A stretch of 64,000 nucleotides of DNA, from the NCBI RefSeq assembly GCF_009914755.1, contig NC_060942.1; one strand, written 5' to 3'. The position numbers and the translations under genes are program-made. Positions within the stretch are counted from its first letter, which is position 1. Every line of letters begins with the position of its first letter. This stretch comes from the human T2T-CHM13v2.0 reference genome, Homo sapiens. A model generated the notes under the pieces. The model did not search any database, was not told the DNA's origin, and worked only from the letters and a program-made list of their open reading frames with translations. Below, piece by piece: positions 1 through 14,725 of this stretch.

Positions 1-527
1 CGACACAGAGCACAGTCCTGAACTGTGGTGGAGTTTATTATGTCGGCACACCTGAGGAGACATTTGAGTGTCAGTTTTCTTGGAATTTTTGGAATTATTT
101 CAAAGTAGACTTGATATAGAATTAAATAGGAGAAATGGTTAAATTAGAGTTTAGATGGCGTTAGCTAAAGCAAAGTAAATGCAATTTTATTTAAAATAGA
201 AGAAATAATTTTAGATATATCCGGTGTAATTCAGAGACTAGTTGATGAGGAAATTTTACTTATTTCACTTTGATGAAAGAGAGAAACATCTGGTGAAATA
301 CTAGTGGTGGTCTTTTCACTTTCAGGCCTTAGAGGAATGACTGCTACCGTAGGGTTATCACCTTTTAGAGGGAATGAGGATTGTGGCAACCCTATTCCGA
401 CTCCTCATCGTCTACTAGGAAAGCTGTGCCCTACAGGAGGCAGGTGTTTCGTCAGTCTCAGAGATTAGTTGTAGAACAAGGATTAGAAGCAGGCCTCTTG
501 ATTCATGGCTGGTCTTTTTGCTCCTCC

Positions 528-690
528 ATTGGTGGTTCTCAATCCTAATGTGTATCGGAGTCACCCAGAGGGTTTGGGCATCAACCAGAAACTGGCTCAG
601 CAGGCCAGGGCTGGGGCTCAAGAATCTGCATTTCTCACAGGTTCCCGGGGTGACTTTGCAGCTGCCAGTCCTGAGACCACACTTCTGTAG
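528..690. mobile_element. MER5A-like hAT-Charlie MITE
   Basis: gtggttctcaa...ggggctcaagaatctgcatttctcacaggttccc..ggtga..gcagctg...gaccacactt matches the MER5A consensus pattern. Confidence 0.75.
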
Positions 691-1439
691 CCTCAGCATC
701 ACCTGATGTGGCGTTGATCTCTCAGGCCGCTTGTAAGAGGAGATTAAGTAAACCTTCCCAGGTTTATACCAGACTAACCTTTTCCCTAGTACTCGGATAA
801 TCTAGTTCTTTAATTTTATGTTAGAAAAAAGAAATGCACATAGTGATTAGATGGGGAAAAAAAAAAAAGAAATGGAGTATTTCTCACAGAGTCACTGTGG
901 CATTTTCAGTCGTAAATTTGGAGCTAATTCTGTTTGTCACGACCACTGGCCATTGACGGGGCTGGGTTTGTGCTGTGAGGCCCAGTCTTAGCAACGTTTT
1001 CTGTGAAAGGGTGTCCAGATTGATTGCTAGAGTGTATGGGAGTGAAAAATTAGTTCTGGTTTTGTGACTCTGTACTTTTCTTTGTTATTTTGTGTACTTA
1101 AATAATCCCTTCTTATATATAAAAATCTCATCAGGCCCTAGCACACTTACATGCACATAGTAGATGACAAATAAATGAGTTGAAATGGATTAAAAGAGTA
1201 AGGGGGAAATAACATAGGTCATTTATCTGGAAAGACTTCAGTGCCCTGGAGAGTTACTCTGTTCTCTAGAGTATCCCAATCACAGGCTCTTCCTGAACAA
1301 TTGTAATTTATTTATTCCAGCTTAATCCTTATTTGTAGTTATTGAACATTTTTAGCACAGAAGTTAGAGATAGCATATTTTTATGTTAGAGTCAATAATC
1401 CCTCCCTTTTGTCTTTTTATCTTTCATCTGAAATGACTT

Positions 1440-2330
<891 letters not shown>

Positions 2331-2637
2331 TGACTCATTTTTTTTTTGATTTTGGTGCAGAAAGTTTGAAACAAATGAACATAATATCAGAATCTTTTGA
2401 GTTTGACTTTAACTGTGGGGTATTTCATATCTTGAGAAGGTTTGTTATTATTTATTAGAACCAAACATAGCAGGGGAGAGGTAAAGGCTTAAGCTGTTGG
2501 AAGTACATGCATTTGCTGATCTCCGTCAATCAATCAGTATTGAATTGGCAGCCGAGGAAGCTGTCCAGTTCTTTTGCTGTGGTTCTGCACTCTGTCTCAC
2601 ATTTGTCTTCCAGTGAATGACTTTCCCTACCTGTGCA

Positions 2638-3211
2638 GGGGGGATACATTCTTGAGAAATGCCTCTAGGTGATTTCATTGTTGTGTGAACATCACAGAGT
2701 ATACAAACCTAGATGGTGCAGCCTGCTACACACCTGGGCTATATGGTGTGGTCTACCGCTCCTAGGCAACAAACCCATATAGCATGTTACTGTACTGAAT
2801 GCTGTAGGCAATTGTAACTCAATGGTAAGTATTTTGTGTATCTAAATCTATCCAAACATAGAAAAGGTGCAGTAAAAATATGGTATAAAAGATAAAAAAA
2901 AGGTATACTTGTTTAGAGCACTTACCATGATGGAGCTTGTGGGACTGGAAGTTGCTCTGGGTGAGTCAGTGAGTGAGTGGTGAGAGAATGCGAAGGCCTA
3001 GGAGATTACACTTTTGTATAACTGGCAGTGTAGTAGGTTTGCTTACACCAGCATCACCACAAACGTGAGAAATGTGTTGTACTAAGACATTACAACAGCT
3101 AAATGATGTCACTAGGCAATAGGAATGTTTCAGCTCCGTTGTAATGATAGGGAACCATCATCATGTATGTGGTCCATTGTTGACCAAAACATCATTAGGT
3201 AGTGCATGACT
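2638..3211. mobile_element. Tigger3 (MER7/Golem-type) DNA transposon, internally deleted, one end truncated
   Basis: gggatacattcttgagaaatgc...acaaacctagatgg...ggaagttgctctgggtgagtcagtgagtgagtggtgag...tgcatgactg terminal repeat. Confidence 0.88.
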
Positions 3212-3434
3212 GTGTTTCAGTTCATCAGAGGGTAGTCACCCTAAGTATCCTGTGGCTTATCCATTTGGTGGTTCCTAGAGCTGGGTAGGTATGTTTTATT
3301 TGTAGATCATGTGGATGACATTGCTGTATATATTATATATGCTTTATATAATATAAATTGTCTCTATTCTCAAAACACATATGCCTTTATTGTCCCAACC
3401 GGAGCACATTGGAAGAAACATATTGGATATATCC

Positions 3435-3550
3435 TTCACAGGCTTGTAAGCTTCTTGGAGGCAGGGAACAAGTCTCTTTTTGTTTTCCAGTGACTTGCTT
3501 GGGACCTGCAATACACAAGCCACTCATAAATATTTGATGAATAAATGAAT
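3435..3550 (+). mobile_element. L2 3' end fragment
   Basis: tgtaagcttcttggaggcaggga...cataaatatttgatgaataaatgaat. Confidence 0.7.
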
Positions 3551-3926
3551 ACTATACGTGCATTTTGTTAGCTGCTTTTGCAAGTTACCAGAATTTTGTG
3601 AAATCTTTTCACATGATTGTGGAGCTGTGTAATCTAACAGTATTCAAGTAGATGGATTGCCACATTAGCTTTACTTTTAACCATCCCCCATTGTTGGATA
3701 GTAGGTTGTTTCCAGTTTTTCTCTACAGTTCATGGTGAACATCCTGAAACCCACATTTCCCCTCTCCCTCTCGGTCTCTCTTGTGCGTGCATGCGTGCAA
3801 GCAGCTTACCCTCCAGATAGGTAATTACCCATTTAGGTAATTACCATTTGAGGACGTTCGTTTTCCTGTACTTTCCCAATGCTTAACTCTTTAGTTTTTT
3901 AGAATAGGACTTAAATATTTTGGGAC

Positions 3927-4246
<320 letters not shown>

Positions 4247-4487
4247 TAAGGTTTCTTCCTGGGGTGTAGTAAGTGGGGATCATAGTCTGACTACAGTTTG
4301 CAAATAACCTTCCAAATGTTCATGTGAAATTTTCCAATTTTTTGTCTCAATGAGAGAGCAGAATAAACCTCAATGAAGTAATGGTTAACACCTAATGAAT
4401 ATTCCATCACTTTTGATATCCTCTCTAAAGTTACATGTGGTCCTTACCAAACAGGAAACTTCCTGAGGGTGGGGTATGTTTTTAATT

Positions 4488-5810
4488 CACATTACTCACA
4501 AAAATCAACCGCAGGTCAATTAAAGGCTTAAATATAGAAGGCAAAACTATGAAACTTTCAGAAGGCAATGCAGGACAGTAGTTGTATGACTCTGGTATAG
4601 GAAAGGGGTCTTAAAAAGATCACAGAGGGTGCAGACCATAAAGGAAAAGATCAATATGTTTGACAACACTAATGTTGATATAGCTTTTGTTTATTAAGAG
4701 AAACCATCAAGAAAGTGAACAGACAGGTCATAGGGAGAATAGACATATTCAGCACATATTACTAATAAAAGGTTAGTATCCAGCAGGGTGACTACAAATC
4801 AGTAAGAACAACAGAAAAGGGGACAAATGACCTAAGTAGGCATTTCACAGAAGAGGAAACTTGAATGCAAAAATGCTCAACTTCATTAGTAATTAGGGAA
4901 ATGCAAATTAGGACCAAAATGATGTATAGTTTCTTACACATTAGATTGGCAACAATGTAAAAAGTCTGACAATATTGTTGGGAGGACAGGAAACAACTGG
5001 AATGCTTATATACAGCTGGTGGAAGTGATAGGCTGCCTTTGGGAGTATCTAGTAAAGTTGAGATACCTGTATCCTTTGACCCAGTAATTCCACTCAGTCT
5101 TTATCTTGGAGCAGTGGTTTCTGAATTGTTTCGCAGCATCATTTGGGAACTTGTTTGAAATGCAGATCTGGGGTCTCTGCTGTGGACCTACTGAATCAGC
5201 AACTTTAAGGATGGGCCAGGTTTCTGACTGTCAAGCCCTGTAGGGAATGTGATGCTAAAATATGAAAGGTATTACCCTAGAGAAACTCATGCGCATGAGT
5301 GCCTGGAGACATGTGCAAGGATGCTCACAGTCACGCTCTTTGTAAGAGGAAAGACTGGGAGCAATGTCCATCAGAGGAGAACAGATGCCTGCATTGTATC
5401 ATATTCCCATAGTGAAGTCCCGTACAGTAGTGAGATTGAGTGAATGTTAGCTGCATTCATCACCAAGGATAATACGCAGCTGGAACATAATCTCAAGGGG
5501 GAAAAAAGCTACTTGTAGAAGAATACACAGTTTTTTCCCTTTTTTTAAAGTTTAGAAACATGCAAAAACAAAATTGTAGATTGTTAGAAATATGGATATG
5601 ATAAAGTAATAAAGAAAAACAAGTGATACATGCAAGACTCAAGTCGGTGGATAACTGTATAAGAAGGAAGGTGATGGGAACACAGAGGGACAAATTATCA
5701 GAGATAATTTGTTTTTCTTGAAGTATTATCTGCACTCAGGATTTTGTTATATTTTGCACAACACCTTTACACATATTAAAAGTTTTTTGTATATACCAAA
5801 TATCTCAAAA
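4488..5810 (+). mobile_element. Old L1M (L1ME-like) ORF2 3' part and 3'UTR, interrupted by a MER5
   Basis: cacaaaaatcaac...aggcatttcacagaagaggaa...attagggaaatgcaaatta...tgacccagtaattccactc; resumes at agaaactcatgc ~5281. Confidence 0.82.
5111..5278. mobile_element. MER5A-like MITE nested in the L1
   Basis: cagtggtttct...cagcatcatttgggaacttgtttgaaatgcagat...gacctactgaatcag. Confidence 0.75.
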
Positions 5811-5989
5811 ACAAACATGATTTTTTATTTTGCATACTCTACGTAGGGACTTTTCTGTTTGTGTGAAAAAGATTTGATGGAGATGGAGAGACAGGTTCTT
5901 GGAGGAATGTGATAGAACTTAACTCTTCAGTTGACCTCCTGTAAAGACTCAGGTGTAGAGATATGAAAAAGAAGACTGGATTCGATGAT

Positions 5990-6210
5990 AATTATTAATA
6001 CTTACTGAGCACCTACTGTGTGCCAGGCACTGATATGAACACGTGACATACCGAGTTTATATGCCATTAAATGAATGAAGATTGCATCTTGCAGTGACTC
6101 TGTGGGGTAGGCGTTATTAATAAGTGTTATCCTTGCTTTGCGGAAGAGGCACCTTGCCCATGGGCACAGAGAGATCAGGCACAGAAGGGAGTCTGACTGA
6201 GTCACTGCCA
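5990..6210 (-). mobile_element. MIR fragment
   Basis: cttactgagcacctactgtgtgccaggcactg...ctctgtggggtagg..ttatt. Confidence 0.7.
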
Positions 6211-7955
6211 TGCAGGGTCAGAGGAAGAAGACAAGCTTAGGCAAAAATAGTATGTCTGAGAGAGACAGAGGGAAGAAAACAAAAATCAAGGCAGAAATGG
6301 GAGTGTGGAAGAAGACTGGTAAATGTTTATTTACGTCCTTTTTTAAAAATCCTAGTAAGTTTTTTTTAAACTAGCATACATGACTTTATCATTCTAGGAG
6401 ATTACTAGCCCTTAAAAGTATAAGAAGTAGTTAATCACATTTTGATTTTAGTTCTTGAATATTGAGTCTAAGTGACTTCTAAGGAGTGCATCTTTCAGTT
6501 CATTAGAAAGTGGTAGTGTCCTCCCACAAGATTCTGGAAATCATACTTCTTTGCTTAGGCAATTTCTTGCTAAAAAGCAGGGGCACATTTGGGGAATCAA
6601 CGTTTGCCTATTTTTTCTAACCTTTTATAACTTTGTTTTCTTTTGTCATATTTATCTTATATTATGGGACTTTTTCTTAGATCAGTGTTGCTTCTACTGT
6701 AAACCTTAAGCCATCATATTATAGTCACTCCTTGAACTTAACATGTATAGGAAAAACAAAAAGATGACTCTAGAAGTCAAATTACCTCTCCTGTGAAGCC
6801 AAACAGCACTGCTGTTTTTCTTTGATACTGAGTGCTGAAATTGTCAAAACCATGAGAACTGTCAAGCATTTGTAGTTATGTAATGTCATGCTTTCTAGTA
6901 GAATCGGCACCTCACTTAGAAGTTGACAGCCCATGAGACTCCTTCTGTGGCAAGGATGCCTGCATTTCAGACACATGTAGTACTTGTAGGAGATCCCTTA
7001 TGGGGAAATACAGAACATAGGTTTCTTAAACAGATTTGAGGCACTTTAGCTCTTCTAGTTTCAGTTACATTTTGCTAAATTTAGCAAATCCAAATTTTAA
7101 TTCTCAGTGCTTTTTGGTGTGTTTGATGTTCATACTTCTCTTTAATTTTCCTTTTTATGCTGTGCTTTTCTCCCCCATTAAACAAATCCACATAGTTGTT
7201 TTAAAGAAAAACAAATAAGGTAATAAGAAGCCTAATAGGGAAAAGAATTGTTTAACATAGTTGGAGTAATGCCAGTCTAACCATCAAATGTAACCAAAGC
7301 CCAGCAGGCTTTACAGTTATTGAATATAATGGCAACTTCATGTTTTAGACCTAGAACAAACAACAGACTTTTTCTTTGGGAGTGTGTAATTCACTTGTGA
7401 TTTCTGCTGGTCATGAATTATGGATCAGAGTTTGATATATGATTATTGGATCACTTATAAAATGAGGAATAGCAGTTACAGGAGTGCATGTTAATTTGAA
7501 ATATAATTTTAAAACCATTATAATTCAATGGTTACTACTAAGGTAGTAATGTACTTTTAAAAATAGCTTAGAAAGAAAAGTAAGTAGAAATTACAGTTTC
7601 CAAAAAGGGGATCAAATAATTTTTATTAAGAATCTTCAGGGTACAAAATCTGATTTTCAATATGGGTGGTGTTCTACTGTATTTCACTGTAACAACCTAG
7701 GATTTCAAGATGGTAGGTCAGAGCTATGTTTGCTAAAAGTGGCATTCAGAATAATTTTATGTGGCAAATTATGATGGAGGTCAATGTGTTTGGAGTCCCT
7801 GTGTGACAGCCGTATTACGTACAGTGCATGCATGCTTTTTCCTGATTCACTTATCACTTCCCACACTCTCCTTTTCTTCACCTCAGCACTGTGTCTGGTA
7901 AATTTGCATTCAGTGGATATTCGTTTTTTTTTGAAGAGTTATGAGAGATTTTAGT

Positions 7956-8100
7956 CCAGTGGTTCCCAAAACTGGCTCATCAGAATCATCCAGGGAATTC
8001 TTTAAAAGTACAGATTTTTTGTCCCTATCCCAAACTTTCTTAATCAGAATCTTTGACGAGTAAGACCTAGAGATTTCATATTTTTGATGATTAGCTAGAT
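7956..8100. mobile_element. MER5B/MER5A-like MITE fragment
   Basis: cagtggttcccaaaactggc..atcagaatcatccaggga..ctttaaaagtacagatt...aatcagaatct. Confidence 0.7.
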
Positions 8101-8273
8101 TTATAAATGATTGGCATTGTCTGTAATTCTCTTGTTTTACAAATGTGGAAGTAATAGCACTAGGGATGCTTTTCCAGTTGCATTTCTGAGAAAAAGGTTT
8201 TCATAAGTCTTGTAAAGGCTAAAAGCCTTCATGAATGGCAGAATGACAAGCAACATGATCATTTTTGGAATGA

Positions 8274-8935
<662 letters not shown>

Positions 8936-9244
8936 TAAGTGAGGGCATTAAATTCTTGTTGGGTTGGTTCTAGCACTGTATCCAAATCTAAAAGGAATGG
9001 CAGATTATGGATTTGAAGAAAATTTATATTCTGCAGTTTTCCTTCTCCACATATAACATTTCTGTTTTCTGTTCTTCATGATTTAGAAGAGTAATATTAC
9101 AGTTAGGACATTTTATGAGACTGCAATATTTGCTTAGTCCCGTAGTCTGAAGGGGGCCACTGTTCATGTGTGAAAATAAGTAATTGAAGACTTGTGATCC
9201 CATCTGTGAAAGGTTGCCAGCAATGGGGAAAGAACTGTTGTTGT

Positions 9245-9412
<168 letters not shown>

Positions 9413-9949
9413 TAGTTTTAATTGTTTACATTTTAATGGGACAGGAGGAACAGTTATCTTTTGTCAATGGGTGATTGTTACTGGTGAATTCAGCATACAT
9501 TAACCAGTTTTGCCAGTAATGGGAAAAAACCCCATGCACTTCTTTCATACGTGACATTCTGTTTGTATCTGTCACCCAGGACTCTGTTTTAAGACTGGTA
9601 TGGGCACCACAGTGGACAGGAATTGACAGAAAGATTCAAGTGGCAAAGGAGTTTGAAACTTCTTAGTACAGAGACATAGCTGTACTAGGAAAGGTATAAT
9701 TTTCAGTAAACCTTCAGTTGAAGATAAAGCTTTTTGGATTCTTGGATGTCTTCATGGTGACTAAGAACTGCTAAGTGGAGTAAAGGTTTTGTCAGGTCTA
9801 AGAAAACCTTTGTCGTTTTTATGGAGGTTTATATTCTTTTGACCCTTCTGACAGTTTCTAGAGATGTTGTAGAGGTCTTTGTAAGTCACATGTACAAAAC
9901 CAGCCCACTCCCTCCACCCCTGTACCCGCATTCTGATTGTTGTTTTTTC

Positions 9950-12900
9950 ACTTTTTATTTGGAAGTGATTTGAAATTTATTAAAAAAATGCACAAACAAA
10001 ACTAGAAAATGTTTCTAGGACACCTGTATAACCTTCATCCTGAGTCATCTGTTGCAATGTTTACCCATTTGCTTTGTTGTTTCCTCTCACTCTTGCTCAT
10101 TCATGTCCACGCTCTCTTGCCTACCACACACATCCATATCCACACACCACACACATCCATATCCACGCACCATACACATCCATATCCACACACCACACGC
10201 ATCCATATCCACGCACCACACGCATCCATATCCACACACCACACGCATCCATATCCACACACCACACACATCCATATCCACACACATCCATATCCACGCA
10301 CCATACACATCCATATCCACACACCACACGCATCCATATCCACGCACCACACACATCCATATCCACGCACCACACGCATCCATATCCACACACCACACAT
10401 ATCCATATCCACACAGCACACACATCCATATCCACACACATCCATATCCACACACATCCATATCCACGCACCACACACATCCATATCCGTACACCACACA
10501 CATCCATATCCACACACCACACACATCCATATCCACACACCACACACACCCATATCCACACACCACACACATCCATATCCACACACATCCATATCCATGC
10601 ACCACACACATCCATATCCACACACATCCATTTCCACGCACATCCATATCCACACACCACACACATCCATATCCATGCACCACACACATCCATATCCACA
10701 CACCACACACATCCATATCCACACACCACACACATCCATATCCACACACCACACATATCCATATCCACACAGCACACACATCCATATCCACACACATCCA
10801 TATCCACACACATCCATATCCACGCACCACACACATCCATATCCACGCACCACACGCATCCATATCCACACACCACACATATCCATATCCACACAGCACA
10901 CACATCCATATCCACACACATCCATATCCACACACATCCATATCCACGCACCACACACATCCATATCCATACACCACACACATCTATATCCACACACCAC
11001 ACACATCCATATCCACACACCACACACACCCATATCCACACACCACACACATCCATATCCACACACATCCATATCCATGCACCACACACATCCATATCCA
11101 CACACATCCATTTCCACGCACATCCATATCCACACACCACACACATCCATATCCATGCACCACACACATCCATATCCACACACCACACACATCCATATCC
11201 ACACACATCCATATCCACACACCACACACACCCATATCCACACACCACACACACCCATATCCACACACCACACACATCCATATCCACACATCCATATCCA
11301 TGCACCACACACATCCATATCCACACACATCCATTTCCACGCACATCCATATCCACACACCACACACATCCATATCCACGCACCACACACATCCATATCC
11401 ACACACATCCATATCCACGCACATCCATATCCACACACATCCATATCCACACACCACACACATCCATATCCACACACCATACACATCCATATCCACACAC
11501 ATCCATATCCACACACATCCATATCCACGCACCACACACATCCATATCCACACACCACACACATCCATATCCATGCTCCACACACATCTATATCCACACA
11601 CATCCATATCCACACACATCCATATCCACACACCACATACATCCATATCCACGCACATCCATATCCACATGCCACACACATCCATATCCACACACCACAC
11701 ACATCCATATCCACACACCACACACATTCATATCCATACACCACACACACCCATATCCACACACCATACACATCCATATCCACACACCACACACATCCAT
11801 ATCCACGCACCACACACATCGATATCCACGTACATCCATATCCACGCACCACACACATCCATATCCATGCACATCCATATCCACACACATCCATATCCAC
11901 TCACCACACACATCCATATCCACACACATCCATATCCACACACCACACACATCCATATCCACACACCACACACATCCATGTCCACACACATCCATATCCA
12001 CACACCACACACATCCATATTCACACACATCCATATCCGCACACCACACACATCCATATTCACACACATCCATATCCACGCACATCCATATCTATGCACA
12101 TCCATATCCACGCACCACACACATCCATATCCACGCACCACACACATCCATATCCACGCACCACACACATCCATATCCATGCACCACACACATCCATATC
12201 CACACACCACACACATCCATATCCACACACCACACACATCCATATCCACGCACCACACACATCCATATCCACACACATCCATATCCACACACCACACACA
12301 TCCATATCCACGCACCACACACATCCATATCCACACACATCCATATCCACGCACCACACACATCCATATCGACACACCACACACATCCATATCCACACAC
12401 CACACACATCCATATCCACGCACCACACACATCCATATCCACGCACCACACACATCCATATCCACGCACCACACATCCATATCCACGCACCACACACATC
12501 CATATCCATGCACCACACACATCCATATCCACGCACCACACACATCCATATCCACACACATCGACACACTTTACTTTTTCTCCTGAACCACTGAGAGTCA
12601 TTTAAATGCATTGTGACCCTTTACCCATAAACACTCAGTCTGTATCATCTAAGAATAGGGATTTTTCTCTTACGTGACTGTGGTGCTATTTTCAGTTTTA
12701 TAAATTTACGTTGGTGCTTTTTATCAGTTGGCCTAAAATGTCCTCAATAGCATTTTCCTCCTGCCAGCACAGGGTCCAGTCTGAGAACAGGCACTGCAAT
12801 TCATGTATCTTTAGCCTTCTTTAATCAGGAATATTTTTGTATGAAGCCTTTCTTTATATACTTTTATAAAGCCTTTCTCTGTCTTTTATGACATTTTTGA

Positions 12901-13735
12901 AGACTGCAGTTCCCTCCACCTTTTTTCTTTCCTCTTTAAACAATACATTCCTCTTTTTGTATTGTCCACTGTTTCCTCTTCATTAGCTGGAGGTTTTGTT
13001 GGCTGCAGTAATGACCAGGTGATGTCATGCCCTTCTCAGGGGGTCACGTCTGGAGACACACTGTGTCCATCTGCTCTTCATTGAGGATGTTGATTTTGAT
13101 CATACAGGCAAGGTGTTGCCAGTTTATCCACTGGACAGTTACTGAGATTGTTTTTCCCTTGTAACTAATAAGCAGGTTATGGGGAGATGCTTTAACACCA
13201 TGCAGACATTTGGCTGCAAATCTAAAACGCCCCCCCTAGATTTGGTATTCCTTGATGATTCTTGCTTGATATGGTCTTTGCCAGTATGCTTTTCTATCTC
13301 CAGCACTCCCTCCATTTTTACCAGTTGCCCCTCAGCCTTCTGCTACAAACAGAGCCATCCTTTTGCTCCTCTCTCCCCACTCCTCTCTCCGTCCATCTCT
13401 CCATCTGCCTGTCTATCATTCAGTCATTGAACTGGGCTTACTCATTCCTACTTGTAATGGTTTAATGGGACCGCATTATTTGGGTGCTCCAATTGTCCGA
13501 GATTTGGTCAGGGGAAGCCCCTTCAAGCTGGCTCCTGTGTCTTTGTGCTTTCTTTTTTTTTCTTTAAAGCATTTCCCTACTTTCTGCCGTAAGATGCTCC
13601 AAGCTTACCTTGTGCCAACCTTGCCCCAGACCTGGAATCAGCCATTTCTTGAGACTCCCAGTGGGCTTTCAGTTGGGCATAGTACTAAAGACCAAGTTCT
13701 CCATGCCGGGTGTGCTCCTTGTTAACTGGCCATCC
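9950..13735 (-). mobile_element. L1MC4-like 3' end, split by the minisatellite
   Basis: ttttatttggaagtgatttgaaatttat...cccatttgcttt before the array; ctgaaccactgagagt...ccctttaccc.taaacactcag...ttcaagctggctcctgtgtc...cccagacctggaatcagccattt after it. Confidence 0.78.
10123..12569. repeat. CA-rich minisatellite (VNTR-like) of mixed 23-bp (catccatatccacacaccacaca) and 16-bp (catccatatccacaca) units
   Basis: Directly visible tandem array of ~2.45 kb; the translation repeats every 23 aa (3x23 nt). Confidence 0.98.
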
Positions 13736-14599
13736 TTTCTGCAACTTCCCAGTCACCCATTCTTGAGTATTTAATGTGAGGTCCAGCGAACCATAGGTAA
13801 CTTTCTTGGTGCAGATGAGTGTTTGACCAAATTTGAATCCCAAGTGTCTCTGACTGTTAAAACAAGTCACCTTCTGATGTTCATTTGTGGAGTTCTGATT
13901 CTGAGTTTAGTCTGAGGGCCTCAATCATAAATGTATTTCCATCTAAGGGCTGGCTTTTTTTAAAAAACAAAAAATGAGGTAGTCATTATTCTCCATTGCT
14001 TCAATAACGTTTAGAGATGTTTTTTAAAGCTTCCCATTCAGTCACCTCTTCCCCGCAAAGTAATATATTTTGGAAAGTATAGAAAAGTGCCAAGAAGAGG
14101 AGGAAAAGATTACCTACAATTTCACCATGCAGAGGAAAAAAACTATTAACCTTATTATACAAATGGACTTGGATAGAACTATATCCATTAAAAAATGTAA
14201 TACTTAAGTTTTTCTCTTTTCTAAATATACTTAAAACTCAGATCCTTGATACCTAATAATTTATGTTCCATATGTCTTGAGGCTTGATAGTTTTATATCA
14301 TATGTTAGCTTATTGGCATATAGAATTACAGTGTTTCTCAGATTTTGTCCAAAATTAGTAGTTTTTGTCTTTTATCCCCTGCAGTTCTTTGATTAGTTGT
14401 CGTATTTCATCTCTTCTCATGGACCCAGTGAATCTAAGCAAGAACAGTGGTTTATTTTCCCCAGATTTACGTTTTGGAAGTACTATTTTTTTCCCTGTAT
14501 TTCCTGGAACAAAACCCAAATCCATTATTAAGATACTTTTTTCTACTTTTTGAGTGTTCAACAACTCCTTAATATTGGAAAGATATTTTCTCATTGAAC

Positions 14600-14725
14600 T
14601 GAGGAATCTTAGTCCCTAAAACTGTACAAACAAGGAAACCAAGGCTCAGCCAAGTTTTGTGAGTTGCCCTGTGTCCTACAGCTTATTGGTCCAGTTGGAA
14701 TGAAAACCATGGCTTGCTTACTGAA
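14600..14725 (-). mobile_element. MIR core fragment
   Basis: tacaaacaaggaaaccaaggctcag...gagttgccc..tgtcctacagct. Confidence 0.6.

Noticed and set aside
10123-12569. CRISPR-like array
   Set aside because: Head-to-tail units without unique spacers, no cas genes, primate DNA.
10009-12611. 840-860-aa His-rich and 165-600-aa Cys/Trp-rich ORFs as genuine genes
   Set aside because: Open in nearly all frames because the repeat lacks stop codons; same peptide in every frame; embedded in an L1 relic.
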